The translations under genes and the position numbers were made by a program. Under the pieces are notes generated by a model. It did no database searches and was not told the DNA's origin. It saw only the letters and a program-made list of their open reading frames with translations. A stretch of 64,000 nt of DNA from Candidatus Altimarinota bacterium (GTDB lineage Bacteria > Patescibacteriota > Gracilibacteria > JBDHUY01). The stretch is taken from assembly GCA_039809385.1 (NCBI GenBank), contig JBDHUY010000007.1, forward strand, positions 1 through 64,000, given 5' to 3'. Shown one piece after another: positions 26,939 through 36,240 of this stretch; the stretch's first letter is position 1; each line of letters begins with the position of its first letter.

Positions 26939-28762
26939 CTATGCTTTTCGTCCTGCTTCCCGCCTCATCTGTTCGAGCACAAACCGGATTTGAGCATAAT
27001 CTACGTTTTCGCCGCACTTTTGTTTAATTTCGACCGTACTAGCGGGAAGTTCGGCGAAAGTTTTGATCACGGTGCGTATTTCCTGTTCCACCGCAGGCGG
27101 CAGAATGCGTCTCAAATCAATATGTTCCCCCCGCTGGAACTCTTCGAAAAGGTGTCCCAAAATCGTCGACGTTTTTAAAAAACGAGCCTGGGCAATCTGG
27201 TCTATGTTCATGCCGCGTTGAAACAATTCCAGTGTCTCCCGCGTGCTGGAAACGGCATCGAACCGTCGTACTACGTCCAGGAAATCCTTGCCGAAACGGT
27301 CCACCACCCCCTCGGTCATTCCCGAGATCTCCAGGAGTTCCTGGCGGGTTGCCGGCTTTTGCTGCGATATTTCGCGCAGCGTCTCGTCCGATGCGATCAT
27401 ATAGGCTTTTACGCCGCTGTCGTGACTTACGCGTTGCAATCTTTTTTTCAATTTCTGCCATAGTCGGTCTACACCTTGACGAAGACTCCCAAATACCTTT
27501 CGCGCATCTCCTTGCCAGGTATAATTGAGGCAAATATCGCAGGTTTTGCAATTGTCCTGGTTTTGCGCTGCCGGATCGGCGAAGTACTCTAACAAAACTT
27601 GGCGGCGGCACCGGTTGGTAGAAACATAGTGTTTCATACGCGCCAGCCGCCCGGATTTGATATCAGATTGCAGTTGCGCTGCACCTCGTTCGCTCCCGTT
27701 TGCGAGCATCTGATGGTATGACGAACGTATAAAGTATTCATGAAGCGCCTCGTCTTTGTTTGTATGTAATAAAATGCAATAGGCTTTTCGTCCGTCGCGT
27801 CCGGCCCGGCCGGCCTCCTGGTAGTACCCTTCCAGCGAAGAAGGCATGTGGGCGTGGATCACGAAACCTACGTCCGGTTTGTCCACGCCCATGCCGAAGG
27901 CGATCGTGGCGATAATCACGCGAACCTTATCTTGCATGAAACGTTCCTGGACTTGAGCACGTTGCTTGCTTTCCATCCCGCCATGATAGGCCAGGGTTTT
28001 TAGGCCTTTCTCTCCTAGAAACTCGGCTAGATGGGTCGCATCTTCCCGGCGTCCCACATAGACAATCCCGCTGCCGCTGAGAGACTTTATTAAGCGAGCT
28101 ACTTCCGGGAATCTTTCGCTTTCACGCATGTTTTTGCGTATGAAAAAGAGCAAGTTCGGCCGGTCGAAGCCACGCACGAATATCCTAGGATCGCGAAGTT
28201 CCAACCGTTCCACTATATCCGTTTGCACCTCGGGTGTCGCGGTAGCGGTGAATGCGCTCACAATAGGCCGAGGATGGAGAGACCGGATAACCGTCGCGAT
28301 CTCCAGGTAGTCGGGTCTGAAATCATGTCCCCACTGCGATACGCAGTGCGCTTCGTCGATCGCCACCAGAGAAATTTTAAGTTCCTGCAGAAAGGACACA
28401 AAATCGCTCCGGTTCAAGCGTTCCGGTGCGGCATAGACTATTTTTACTTTTCCTCCTCGAATCAAATGTAGCCGTTCTTCGGTTTCCTGCTTTGACAATG
28501 TGCTGTTGAGGTATGTGGCGGCAATTCCTTTAGTACGGAGGCTGTCAACCTGGTCTTTCATTAACGCGATCAGTGGTGATACGACTATTGTGATGCCTCT
28601 TAAAAGTAGCGCCGGCAGCTGGAAGCAGATCGATTTTCCTCCGCCCGTGGGCATGAGCGCCAGGGTATCATTTCCCTCGGTGATACTTTCAATGATCTCT
28701 GTCTGTCCGGGACGGAAACGATCGTACCCGAAATGCCGCTTGAGTTGGTCAGTAAGGGACAT
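26939..28762 (-). CDS. recQ: RecQ-family DNA helicase with HRDC and C-terminal HTH
   Basis: FGYDRFRPGQ, MPTGGGKS, DEAHCVSQWGHDFRP, QEAGRAGRDG, CRR...CKTCDIC zinc site. Confidence 0.93.
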   Translation of the reverse strand: MSLTDQLKRHFGYDRFRPGQTEIIESITEGNDTLALMPTGGGKSICFQLPALLLRGITIVVSPLIALMKDQVDSLRTKGIAATYLNSTLSKQETEERLHLIRGGKVKIVYAAPERLNRSDFVSFLQELKISLVAIDEAHCVSQWGHDFRPDYLEIATVIRSLHPRPIVSAFTATATPEVQTDIVERLELRDPRIFVRGFDRPNLLFFIRKNMRESERFPEVARLIKSLSGSGIVYVGRREDATHLAEFLGEKGLKTLAYHGGMESKQRAQVQERFMQDKVRVIIATIAFGMGVDKPDVGFVIHAHMPSSLEGYYQEAGRAGRDGRKAYCILLHTNKDEALHEYFIRSSYHQMLANGSERGAAQLQSDIKSGRLARMKHYVSTNRCRRQVLLEYFADPAAQNQDNCKTCDICLNYTWQGDARKVFGSLRQGVDRLWQKLKKRLQRVSHDSGVKAYMIASDETLREISQQKPATRQELLEISGMTEGVVDRFGKDFLDVVRRFDAVSSTRETLELFQRGMNIDQIAQARFLKTSTILGHLFEEFQRGEHIDLRRILPPAVEQEIRTVIKTFAELPASTVEIKQKCGENVDYAQIRFVLEQMRREAGRKA

Positions 28763-29012
28763 GGGAGAATGTAACATATCAAGGTTTTTGTAACGATTGG
28801 AAAAAGAAATACCGTAAAGCTCTGCCATCAAAAGTCTGGCGGAAGTATATCTGCGAGACCGTAAATAACAAGCGGGTTTCTTTAAAAATTCATAAGAAAT
28901 GGCAAAAAATCTGAAATCTATGGTTTTTACAGCTCTGAATAGGCCATTTAATAATCGTATTATTTTTCCGGATCAGCCTTCTATAGGCGACATAAAAAAC
29001 TGACAATACATA

Positions 29013-29040
29013 TTGACAAGTTAACCCCTTTGATTACTAT
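29013..29040 (+). promoter_or_regulatory. Sigma70-type promoter
   Basis: TTGACA-N16-TACTAT. Confidence 0.55.
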
Positions 29041-29092
29041 CCAGACATCATGAAAATATGATATTCGGCTTGGTTCATTTGCCTTATCAAGT

Positions 29093-29884
29093 ATGGATGC
29101 CAGCTCTGACAATATGGTGCCTCAGATGACAGATATGGCTTTATCAGATCCTCAGCAGTGGATCTATGAAATGGGATTGCTGGGTATCTCTATGCATACG
29201 CAGCGTATATATGAAAACATACGGCGTATCGTGGATTGTTTTGATTCTGATTATGTGGATACCCGTCCAGCCATGACCGAACTGCTTATCCAGCTGGATA
29301 CCCAAATCGCGGAAAATCCTGTTTATTGCGACAGCACCGACTCCGAGGTGGATACCTGGCTTGATCTCATGCATCAAAGAAATGCGGTCTCTCGGGATTT
29401 GAAAACGCTTGAAACATTAGAGACAAAGCGCGTAACATTAGAACGAGAGCTTACTGTTTCCTATAATTTAGTGACTAAGGCGATTATCTCTCTGGCGCTC
29501 AAGCGGCTTAGCTACTTTGAGCGACATCCCGACAGGATGTACGGGCCGCTGGCTTGGCCCCGGATTTTGGCCATGTTCAAAATGACGCTGACGACACTGC
29601 AGAATCGTGGCAGCGCTGCGGAACTGGATTTGCTTAAAAGTATAAAAGCCGTTATGAGCCAACGCGCTTTTCCCTCTCATTCACCGGATGCATCTCTGAT
29701 ACCCCTGAAAGATCTGGAAGTTATTACCGAAGCCTTATTGTTCCTTCCTTATGGAGGAAAATCTTCCTCCGTACCCTCGCTGCTCTCCTTGAAAACCTAT
29801 GATGCTATCAGCGAACTTTTAGCCGCCCAAAATATCCGCTACGGAAATCCGTATGCGGGGTTGGTTTACCAAGATCCTCCGTAG
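29093..29884 (+). CDS. Hypothetical helical protein
   Basis: 263 aa ORF with upstream promoter; no motif recognised. Confidence 0.65.
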   Translation: MDASSDNMVPQMTDMALSDPQQWIYEMGLLGISMHTQRIYENIRRIVDCFDSDYVDTRPAMTELLIQLDTQIAENPVYCDSTDSEVDTWLDLMHQRNAVSRDLKTLETLETKRVTLERELTVSYNLVTKAIISLALKRLSYFERHPDRMYGPLAWPRILAMFKMTLTTLQNRGSAAELDLLKSIKAVMSQRAFPSHSPDASLIPLKDLEVITEALLFLPYGGKSSSVPSLLSLKTYDAISELLAAQNIRYGNPYAGLVYQDPP

Positions 29885-29910
29885 AGACGCATTGCAATGC
29901 GTCTCTACGG
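29879..29910. repeat. GTAG-type REP-like perfect palindrome
   Basis: ccgtagagacgcattgcaatgcgtctctacgg, 32-bp perfect inverted repeat. Confidence 0.85.
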
Positions 29911-29924
29911 TCAGCACGAACATC

Positions 29925-31103
29925 TCATGTTTTTCTGCTGTTTTCAATCGCCTCTAACGTCGGGAAATGCTCGTCCGTGAGAAACGACAGCATCGCGCCG
30001 CCGCCGGTTGAAACGTGGGTGAAGTTGGCAAGTCCGAATTTCTTGATGATCACCAGCGTATCGCCGCCCCCCAGCACCCGGAAAGCGTTCTCGTGCTGTT
30101 CGACGATTCTACCGACGCTTTTACTGCCTTCGGCTGTTTCGGGCCACTCGTAGACGCCGACCGGACCATTCCACAGAACCGTTTTGGCGTTCTGAATATG
30201 CTCTTTGAACAACTCGATCGTCCGGGGGCCGATATCCACGGCTACTTTGCCTTCGGGTATCTCGTTCACCGTTTCCAGCGTTTCGATATATTCGGAGCCG
30301 AAGCGATCGATGATTTTATGGTCGACCGGCAGAACGATCTTGTCCGAGGCGGTTTGGAGCATCTCTTGGGCCACGGCTATTTTATCTTCTTCCAGCCGCG
30401 AATTGCCGATTGGCAATCCTTTGGCCTTCATGAGTGTATAGGTCATAGCGCCACCAACCAGAATCTTGTCGGCAACCGGGAGCAAGGCTTGCATCAAATC
30501 AACCTTTTCGGAAAGTTTAGCACCGCCCAAAATTACCGTATAGGGGTGCTCGGGGCTTTTACAACGTTCCAGTGCACTGATCTCGCGATAAAACAAGGGT
30601 CCCAGATACGATGGCAGAAACTGGGCAATATCGGTACAAGAAGCCGATTCGCGGTAATCGGCAAAAGCATCGTTGATGAAGATCTCTCCCAAGCTTGCCA
30701 ACTCTTTGGCAAACTGTTCCCGCTCAGTCGCATCTTTTGATTCTTCTCCGGCAAAAAAGCGAATATTGTCGATCAAATAGACTCCTGTGTTGTCTTCGCT
30801 CTCAAGTTTTGGTTCGGGAACGAGTTTAATAGTAAGCGACGACATCTTTGTCTGAAGCCACTGTTGCACCGTTTTGAACGATTGTTTCTCGTCGTATGCG
30901 CCTTTGGGTCTGCCCAAATGACCGATGATCACGACTCGCTCGGCCTGCTCAGCCAGTTCTTGAATGAACGGCAATGCTTCGACCAGTCGGGTATCATCCA
31001 GAATCTCACCATTCTCATCTAGGGGCACATTCAAACAGGTCCGCAAGATAACTTTTTTGCCGGTGTAGATCTGGGGCGTGGCGAGGAGGGAAGAGTAGTC
31101 CAT
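29925..31103 (-). CDS. pgk: Phosphoglycerate kinase (divergent)
   Basis: LNVPL, GHLGRP, GGAKLSEK, DIGP, WNGPVGVYE, GGGDT, HVSTGGGA. Confidence 0.93.
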   Translation of the reverse strand: MDYSSLLATPQIYTGKKVILRTCLNVPLDENGEILDDTRLVEALPFIQELAEQAERVVIIGHLGRPKGAYDEKQSFKTVQQWLQTKMSSLTIKLVPEPKLESEDNTGVYLIDNIRFFAGEESKDATEREQFAKELASLGEIFINDAFADYRESASCTDIAQFLPSYLGPLFYREISALERCKSPEHPYTVILGGAKLSEKVDLMQALLPVADKILVGGAMTYTLMKAKGLPIGNSRLEEDKIAVAQEMLQTASDKIVLPVDHKIIDRFGSEYIETLETVNEIPEGKVAVDIGPRTIELFKEHIQNAKTVLWNGPVGVYEWPETAEGSKSVGRIVEQHENAFRVLGGGDTLVIIKKFGLANFTHVSTGGGAMLSFLTDEHFPTLEAIENSRKT

Positions 31104-31201
31104 TAAGCTTTTGGTAAGAGATAGAGCAGAATAAAATAGATTGGTTATTTCTAGTGATCTTTTAAATCCCGATTTCATTCGCGCGGCGAACCAATGACAA
31201 A

Positions 31202-31337
31202 AAATCTTAAATCCGAATAGCGAAATTCTAAACAAATTCGAAATTTCAATTTTTCAAATTACAAACTTTAGGTAGAAGGCGTTTAGAATTTCTAGTTTAC
31301 AATTTGTTTCGAATTTATGATTTAGTATTTCTAATTT
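31202..31337. repeat. Heptamer-periodic inverted-repeat element
   Basis: (AAAnnnn)4-AAAC-(AAAnnnn)4-AAAC-loop-GTTT-(nnnnTTT)3-GTTT-(nnnnTTT)4. Confidence 0.85.
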
Positions 31338-31390
31338 GTATGCCTATATGAACGTATCAGCATAAAAAAAATTGCCCGTAGACGCCATTA

Positions 31391-32413
31391 TTACATCTTA
31401 CTTACCACAAGGCGGAGCGCATCCGCCAACCGGCAGGAATACCCCCACTCGTTATCATACCAGGAAACCAGTTTGAAGAAGCGGCTGTTGAGCTCGATAC
31501 CGGCGGTGGCATCGTAGATGCTGGAGCGCGAATCGTGGATGAAGTCGGAAGAAACAACTGCGTCCTCGGTGTACCCGAGGATATCTTTCAGGTAGGTCTC
31601 GCTGGCTTTTTTCATAGCAGCATTAATCTCTTTCAAACTGGTCTCTTTGGTCGTTTTAAAAGTCAGGTCTACCACTGATACGTCCGGTGTGGGAACGCGG
31701 AAGGCCATCCCGGTCAGTTTTCCTTTGATCTCGGGAATGACCAGACCGACTGCTTTGGCAGCCCCGGTCGAGGCTGGAATAATATTGAGAGCTCCCGCCC
31801 GGCCATCGCGGAAGGCTTTGCGGCTGGGGCCATCGATGATCATCTGCGTCGCGGTATAGGAATGAGCGGTGGTCATCAAACCTTCTTCTATGCCAAAACC
31901 TTCTTTGAGCAAAACATGGACCAGAGGAGCCAGACAGTTGGTCGTGCAGCTGGCGTTGGAAATCATATCTTCGCCGTTGTAGGAATCGTGATTGACGCCC
32001 ATGACGATCGTTTTGACCGTCTCGTCGCTGGGAGCCGAAATCAGTACCTTTTTAGCCCCGGCGGTCAAATGTCCGGAGGCATCGGCACTCTTGGTGAATA
32101 GTCCGCTACACTCGATCACAACGTCAATATTATGTTCTTTCCAGGGTAGTTCTTCCGGACGTACTTTCATCGCCAGAGTTTTGATGGTTTGATTGCCTAC
32201 CTGGAGGGTATGTTCATCAATGGCTTTTACCTCAGCCGGAAAACGACCGTGGGTTGAGTCATATTTGAGCAGATAAGCGATATTGTCTGCCGGCACAATG
32301 TCATTTACGGCCACAACCTCTACCGCGCCGTCCAGCATATTGTGTTCGTAAATACTGCGAAAAATCAGTCGTCCGATGCGGCCAAAGCCGTTGATAGCAA
32401 CACGGGTAGCCAT
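31391..32413 (-). CDS. gap: Type I glyceraldehyde-3-phosphate dehydrogenase
   Basis: [34 protein letters not shown]. Confidence 0.97.
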   Translation of the reverse strand: MATRVAINGFGRIGRLIFRSIYEHNMLDGAVEVVAVNDIVPADNIAYLLKYDSTHGRFPAEVKAIDEHTLQVGNQTIKTLAMKVRPEELPWKEHNIDVVIECSGLFTKSADASGHLTAGAKKVLISAPSDETVKTIVMGVNHDSYNGEDMISNASCTTNCLAPLVHVLLKEGFGIEEGLMTTAHSYTATQMIIDGPSRKAFRDGRAGALNIIPASTGAAKAVGLVIPEIKGKLTGMAFRVPTPDVSVVDLTFKTTKETSLKEINAAMKKASETYLKDILGYTEDAVVSSDFIHDSRSSIYDATAGIELNSRFFKLVSWYDNEWGYSCRLADALRLVVSKM

Positions 32414-32483
32414 AGTGGTGAGAGTGAATTAGAAAGTAAATAGAGAAAGAAAATTTGTAATGAGTTGATGCAAGAACTCTATA

Positions 32484-32622
32484 AAATTCGAAGCGCTAAA
32501 TCTTAAATTCTAAACAAATCATAAATGAAGAAATCACAAACTTTAAACTTCTGCTTCTGTTTGGAATTTGAAAATTAAAATTTCGTATTTGTTTCGAATT
32601 TAGAGTTTCAAATTTAAAATTT
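32484..32622. repeat. Heptamer-periodic inverted-repeat element
   Basis: aaattcg aagcgct aaatctt aaattct aaac ... gttt cgaattt agagttt caaattt aaaattt. Confidence 0.85.
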
Positions 32623-32675
32623 TTTACCCGCTGCAACTCTCCTAGTATACATTGAGAAAGAATCATCTTCAACGC

Positions 32676-33455
32676 CTATCCTTGCGCACTCTCCTTCACC
32701 GCCTCGATAATTTTCAAAAACGAATCGCTTTCCAGACTGGCTCCTCCGACGAGCACGCCGTCGATATCAGGTTGCTCAATATAGGAGGCGGTTGTGTCGG
32801 GTTTGACGCTGCCGCCGTAGAGAATTGAAATTTTTGTAGCAGTCGCTTCATCATACAGACGTGTCAGAAGCGAACGAATGAACTGGTGCATCTTCTGAGC
32901 GTCGGCAGCGTTGGCCGATTTGCCGGTACCGATAGCCCAGACCGGCTCGTAGGCAATAATAATCTTTTCTACCTTGGCTGCTTCAAGGCCATACAGTGCA
33001 ATTTTAATCTGGGATCCGACCCGCTCTTCTTCCAGTCCTCGTTCGCGCTCTTCCAATGTTTCGCCGACGCACAAGATCGGAACGAGTCCGCTTTCGAGCG
33101 CCCGGGCCACTTTTTTCCCTACCCGGAAATCTTCTTCGGCATAGTAGGTTCTGCGTTCCGAATGGCCCACAATCACATACTTGGCACCGGCATCCAGAAT
33201 CATTTCGGCGCTGACTTCGCCGGTGTAAGCACCTGACGCGGCTTCTGCACACAGATTTTGCGCCGCTGTATGCACGACCGTATTCTGGCAACGTTGACTG
33301 ACCGCAGCGACGGCTAAAAACTGCGGGGCGATAACTACATGTACATTCTGTTCGGACTCATCTCCCAAACCTTCGATGATCCCGACGGTCGTATTGACGG
33401 AGTCTTGAATCGTCTTGTTCATTTTCCAGTTGGCCACGCAGTAGAGAGGTCGCAT
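32676..33455 (-). CDS. tpiA: Triosephosphate isomerase
   Basis: NWKMN, GHSERR, AYEPVWAIGTG, YGGSV, LVGGASL. Confidence 0.97.
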   Translation of the reverse strand: MRPLYCVANWKMNKTIQDSVNTTVGIIEGLGDESEQNVHVVIAPQFLAVAAVSQRCQNTVVHTAAQNLCAEAASGAYTGEVSAEMILDAGAKYVIVGHSERRTYYAEEDFRVGKKVARALESGLVPILCVGETLEERERGLEEERVGSQIKIALYGLEAAKVEKIIIAYEPVWAIGTGKSANAADAQKMHQFIRSLLTRLYDEATATKISILYGGSVKPDTTASYIEQPDIDGVLVGGASLESDSFLKIIEAVKESAQG

Positions 33456-33764
33456 AGATTTTCAAGAGTTTAAAAGTAATGAAGCACGAAAATAGCATGG
33501 GCTCGTCAGGCATTCCAGATATTTTTCCGCTATTTTCTTGATATGTTCGATAAATAAGTATCTGGCAATACTTCGGTATGGACGATTATTTGCGATTTTG
33601 GCCTGCCGAATGCCGATTCCCGTAGTACGTATTTTCTGCCCCGTCGAAGCTCCTTTGTTCCGGTTCTCCTATAAAAAAAGAAAAAACCTCTTGTCTCTTT
33701 CTCAAAGTCATTTTATTATTAAGATTCCGCGTCTGCCGTTACTTTTTAATTATACCTAATTCTT

Positions 33765-34508
33765 ATGGATACATCCAAGGTAGAAAAACAGGGTAGAATA
33801 TTTCTCTTAGCCTATGATCAGGGACTCGAACACGGTCCGGCCGATTTTAACGAATGGAGTGCCGATCCGGCTAACATTATTAAAACTGGTTTGGAAGGTG
33901 GAGCTACGTGTATTGCGTTTCAATACGGTATTGCTCGCCGATTCTATACGCCCGATCTCAAAGACAAACTTCCTTTGATTCTCAAAGTAAACGGCAAGAG
34001 CAATCTGAATAAGAAAAATTATCTCGGGGCGCTTACCGCTTCGGTAGAGGACGCCGTCAAACTGGGTGCGGTCGGTATCGGTTTCACCATCAACCCCGGC
34101 CAGACCGACGAACATATTGCCTATGATCAATTTGTGCACCTGCGTCGCGAAGCCGAGAAGGCCGGTCTCTTTACCGCAGTCTGGTCGTATGCCCGCGGAC
34201 CTGAAATCGAGAACCAGTTTGATCCGAAAGTCGTAGCATATGCCGTTCGTATTGCCGTGGAACTGGGGGCCGATATGGTCAAGGTCAAATATCCCGGTTC
34301 GGCCGAAACTTTTGCGTATGCGGTGCAAAATGCCGCCGGCGCCAAAGTGCTGGCTTCCGGAACCGATAATTTTCAAGGCGATTATATCGAAGCCGTCGCC
34401 GAAATGCTGGAATCCGGTGCTCATGGTATCGCGGTGGGGCGCAAGGTCTGGCAGGACGAAAAGGCGGTGGACGTTGCGAAAGGACTTTCAAAAGTACTGT
34501 TTGGATAA
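33765..34508 (+). CDS. Class I (DhnA/archaeal-type) fructose-bisphosphate aldolase
   Basis: LAYDQGLEHGP, WSYARG, ELGADMVKVKY (Schiff-base Lys), GRKVWQ. Confidence 0.9.
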   Translation: MDTSKVEKQGRIFLLAYDQGLEHGPADFNEWSADPANIIKTGLEGGATCIAFQYGIARRFYTPDLKDKLPLILKVNGKSNLNKKNYLGALTASVEDAVKLGAVGIGFTINPGQTDEHIAYDQFVHLRREAEKAGLFTAVWSYARGPEIENQFDPKVVAYAVRIAVELGADMVKVKYPGSAETFAYAVQNAAGAKVLASGTDNFQGDYIEAVAEMLESGAHGIAVGRKVWQDEKAVDVAKGLSKVLFG

Positions 34509-34509
34509 T

Positions 34510-34616
34510 AAATTCGAAATTCCAAATCTCAAACTGGAAACAGTTATAAGAAATTGGAATTTCTGATTTAGTGCTTGTGGTTTGTTTAGAAAGTAGATAT
34601 TCGAATTTAGAATTTC
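34510..34616. repeat. Heptamer-periodic inverted-repeat element (left arm shortened)
   Basis: aaattcg aaattcc aaatctc aaactgg aaac ... gttt agaaagt agatatt cgaattt agaattt. Confidence 0.8.
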
Positions 34617-34642
34617 ATTCATAAATCATAAATAAATCTTCC

Positions 34643-35998
34643 ATGTACAAAGCCATTATCATCGGAGCCGGCCCCTCGGGCTATACCGCTGCTATTCGTA
34701 TTTCTCAGCTGGGGGGCAAAGCCCTGTTGATCGAACGGGATCTGGTAGGCGGCATTTGTGTCAACTGGGGTTGTACCCCGAGCAAGGCGATGATTACTTC
34801 CGCGAAATATGTTAAAGCCGTTCAGAGCGCAGCTCACTATGGGGTACATCCGGGCGATGTAAAAATCGATTTCCCGCGAATTGCCGAACGGCGGGACGAA
34901 GTGATCAATCGTAGCCGTCTCGAAATTCGCGATCTGCTGGACCACTGGAACGTCGATGTGGTCGAAGGTAGTGCCCAAGTAGTAGATCCTACTCATGTCA
35001 AAGTTGGCGATACCGTCTACGAAGGCGAGCATATTATCTATGCCTCAGGATCCCAGCCGCTGGTTCCGAATTTGTTTGACGAGCAGGATCCGAGTATTTG
35101 TAACAGTAATAAACTGATTACGATCAAGGAACTACCAGAACAATTGACCATTATCGGCGGCGGCATTATCGGACTCGAATTTGCTACCATGTTCTGCCAT
35201 TTCGGTTGCAAAGTGACGATCGTCGAATTTCTCGATCGATGTCTTTTTAGCATGGATCCCGAAATCTCGTTGGCCATTACCGACGAACTTACCAAGATCG
35301 GCGTCAAGATTTATACCGGACACAAAGTGCTGAAGGTCGAACAAGGAAAACTTACCATCGAAAACCAGCAAACCAAGGTAATCGAAACCCTCGATTCTCC
35401 TTTTAATCTGATTGCTATCGGCCGTAAGGCCGTGATTAACAAAGAAGAGATGGAAAAAATGGGTATCCAGGCTACGGATAAAGGTATCGGCGTGAACGAA
35501 TACTTACAGACATCTGTCCCGAATATCTATGCGGTAGGGGATGCTACGGGACAGAGTATTTTAGCCCATGTGGCTATCCAACAGGGCATTATCGCAGCGG
35601 AACATATCATGCAGCACGGGAACCGGGCGATGAATTACGACGTTATTCCGGCAGTGGTCTATACGTTACCCGAGGTGGCGACTGTCGGAAAGGTTCCGAC
35701 AGATACCCATGGGGTGAAGATCGTTAAATTCCCCTTTTCTCACAACCTGCGCGCTACGATTGAAGAGCATAGCGCTGGTTTCGTGAAATTATGGATCGAC
35801 CAGTCCACTCAACAACTTGTGGCAGCTCAAATCATCGGCGACATGGCTGGCGAGATTATTCAGGCCTATGCGAATATTATTCAGCTTAAAACACCGATTG
35901 ATCAAGTTGCCAATACGATTCATGCCCATCCGACCTATAACGAGATCGTGCGGAATTCACTGGAACACGCATTGGGAAGAGCGATAGAATACTTTTAG
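34643..35998 (+). CDS. lpdA: Dihydrolipoyl dehydrogenase / class I pyridine nucleotide-disulfide oxidoreductase
   Basis: GAGPSG, GGICVNWGCTPSK redox disulfide, GGGIIGLE, HAHPTYNE. Confidence 0.85.
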   Translation: MYKAIIIGAGPSGYTAAIRISQLGGKALLIERDLVGGICVNWGCTPSKAMITSAKYVKAVQSAAHYGVHPGDVKIDFPRIAERRDEVINRSRLEIRDLLDHWNVDVVEGSAQVVDPTHVKVGDTVYEGEHIIYASGSQPLVPNLFDEQDPSICNSNKLITIKELPEQLTIIGGGIIGLEFATMFCHFGCKVTIVEFLDRCLFSMDPEISLAITDELTKIGVKIYTGHKVLKVEQGKLTIENQQTKVIETLDSPFNLIAIGRKAVINKEEMEKMGIQATDKGIGVNEYLQTSVPNIYAVGDATGQSILAHVAIQQGIIAAEHIMQHGNRAMNYDVIPAVVYTLPEVATVGKVPTDTHGVKIVKFPFSHNLRATIEEHSAGFVKLWIDQSTQQLVAAQIIGDMAGEIIQAYANIIQLKTPIDQVANTIHAHPTYNEIVRNSLEHALGRAIEYF

Positions 35999-36038
35999 TT
36001 AGTTATGGAACGCACAAGTTTGAAATACTTCCTTATTT

Positions 36039-36180
36039 GAAATTCCAAACTCGAATATCGAAATACGAAACAAATCACAAATACGAAACCAGAAATTCCA
36101 AACTTTCATTTTCCCGTTTGGAATTTGAAAATTAGAATTTAGAATTTGTTTAGTATTTATGATTTAGAATTTCGTATTTC
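36039..36180. repeat. Heptamer-periodic inverted-repeat element (most regular copy)
   Basis: aaattcc aaactcg aatatcg aaatacg aaac aaatcac aaatacg aaaccag aaattcc aaac [12 nt] gttt ggaattt gaaaatt agaattt agaattt gttt agtattt atgattt agaattt cgtattt. Confidence 0.9.
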
Positions 36181-36240
36181 TTCTCTCTTGCTCAGATAGA
36201 ACTTCCACCTAAAACGTAATATATTCTAACAAAACAAGTT

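Noticed and set aside
31104-31235. N-terminal extensions in the ORF track (pgk; also 4212, 8339, 10762, 22489, 28831, 42454, 49372)
   Set aside because: The extensions run through repeats or promoter regions; homology or signal peptides begin at downstream ATGs.
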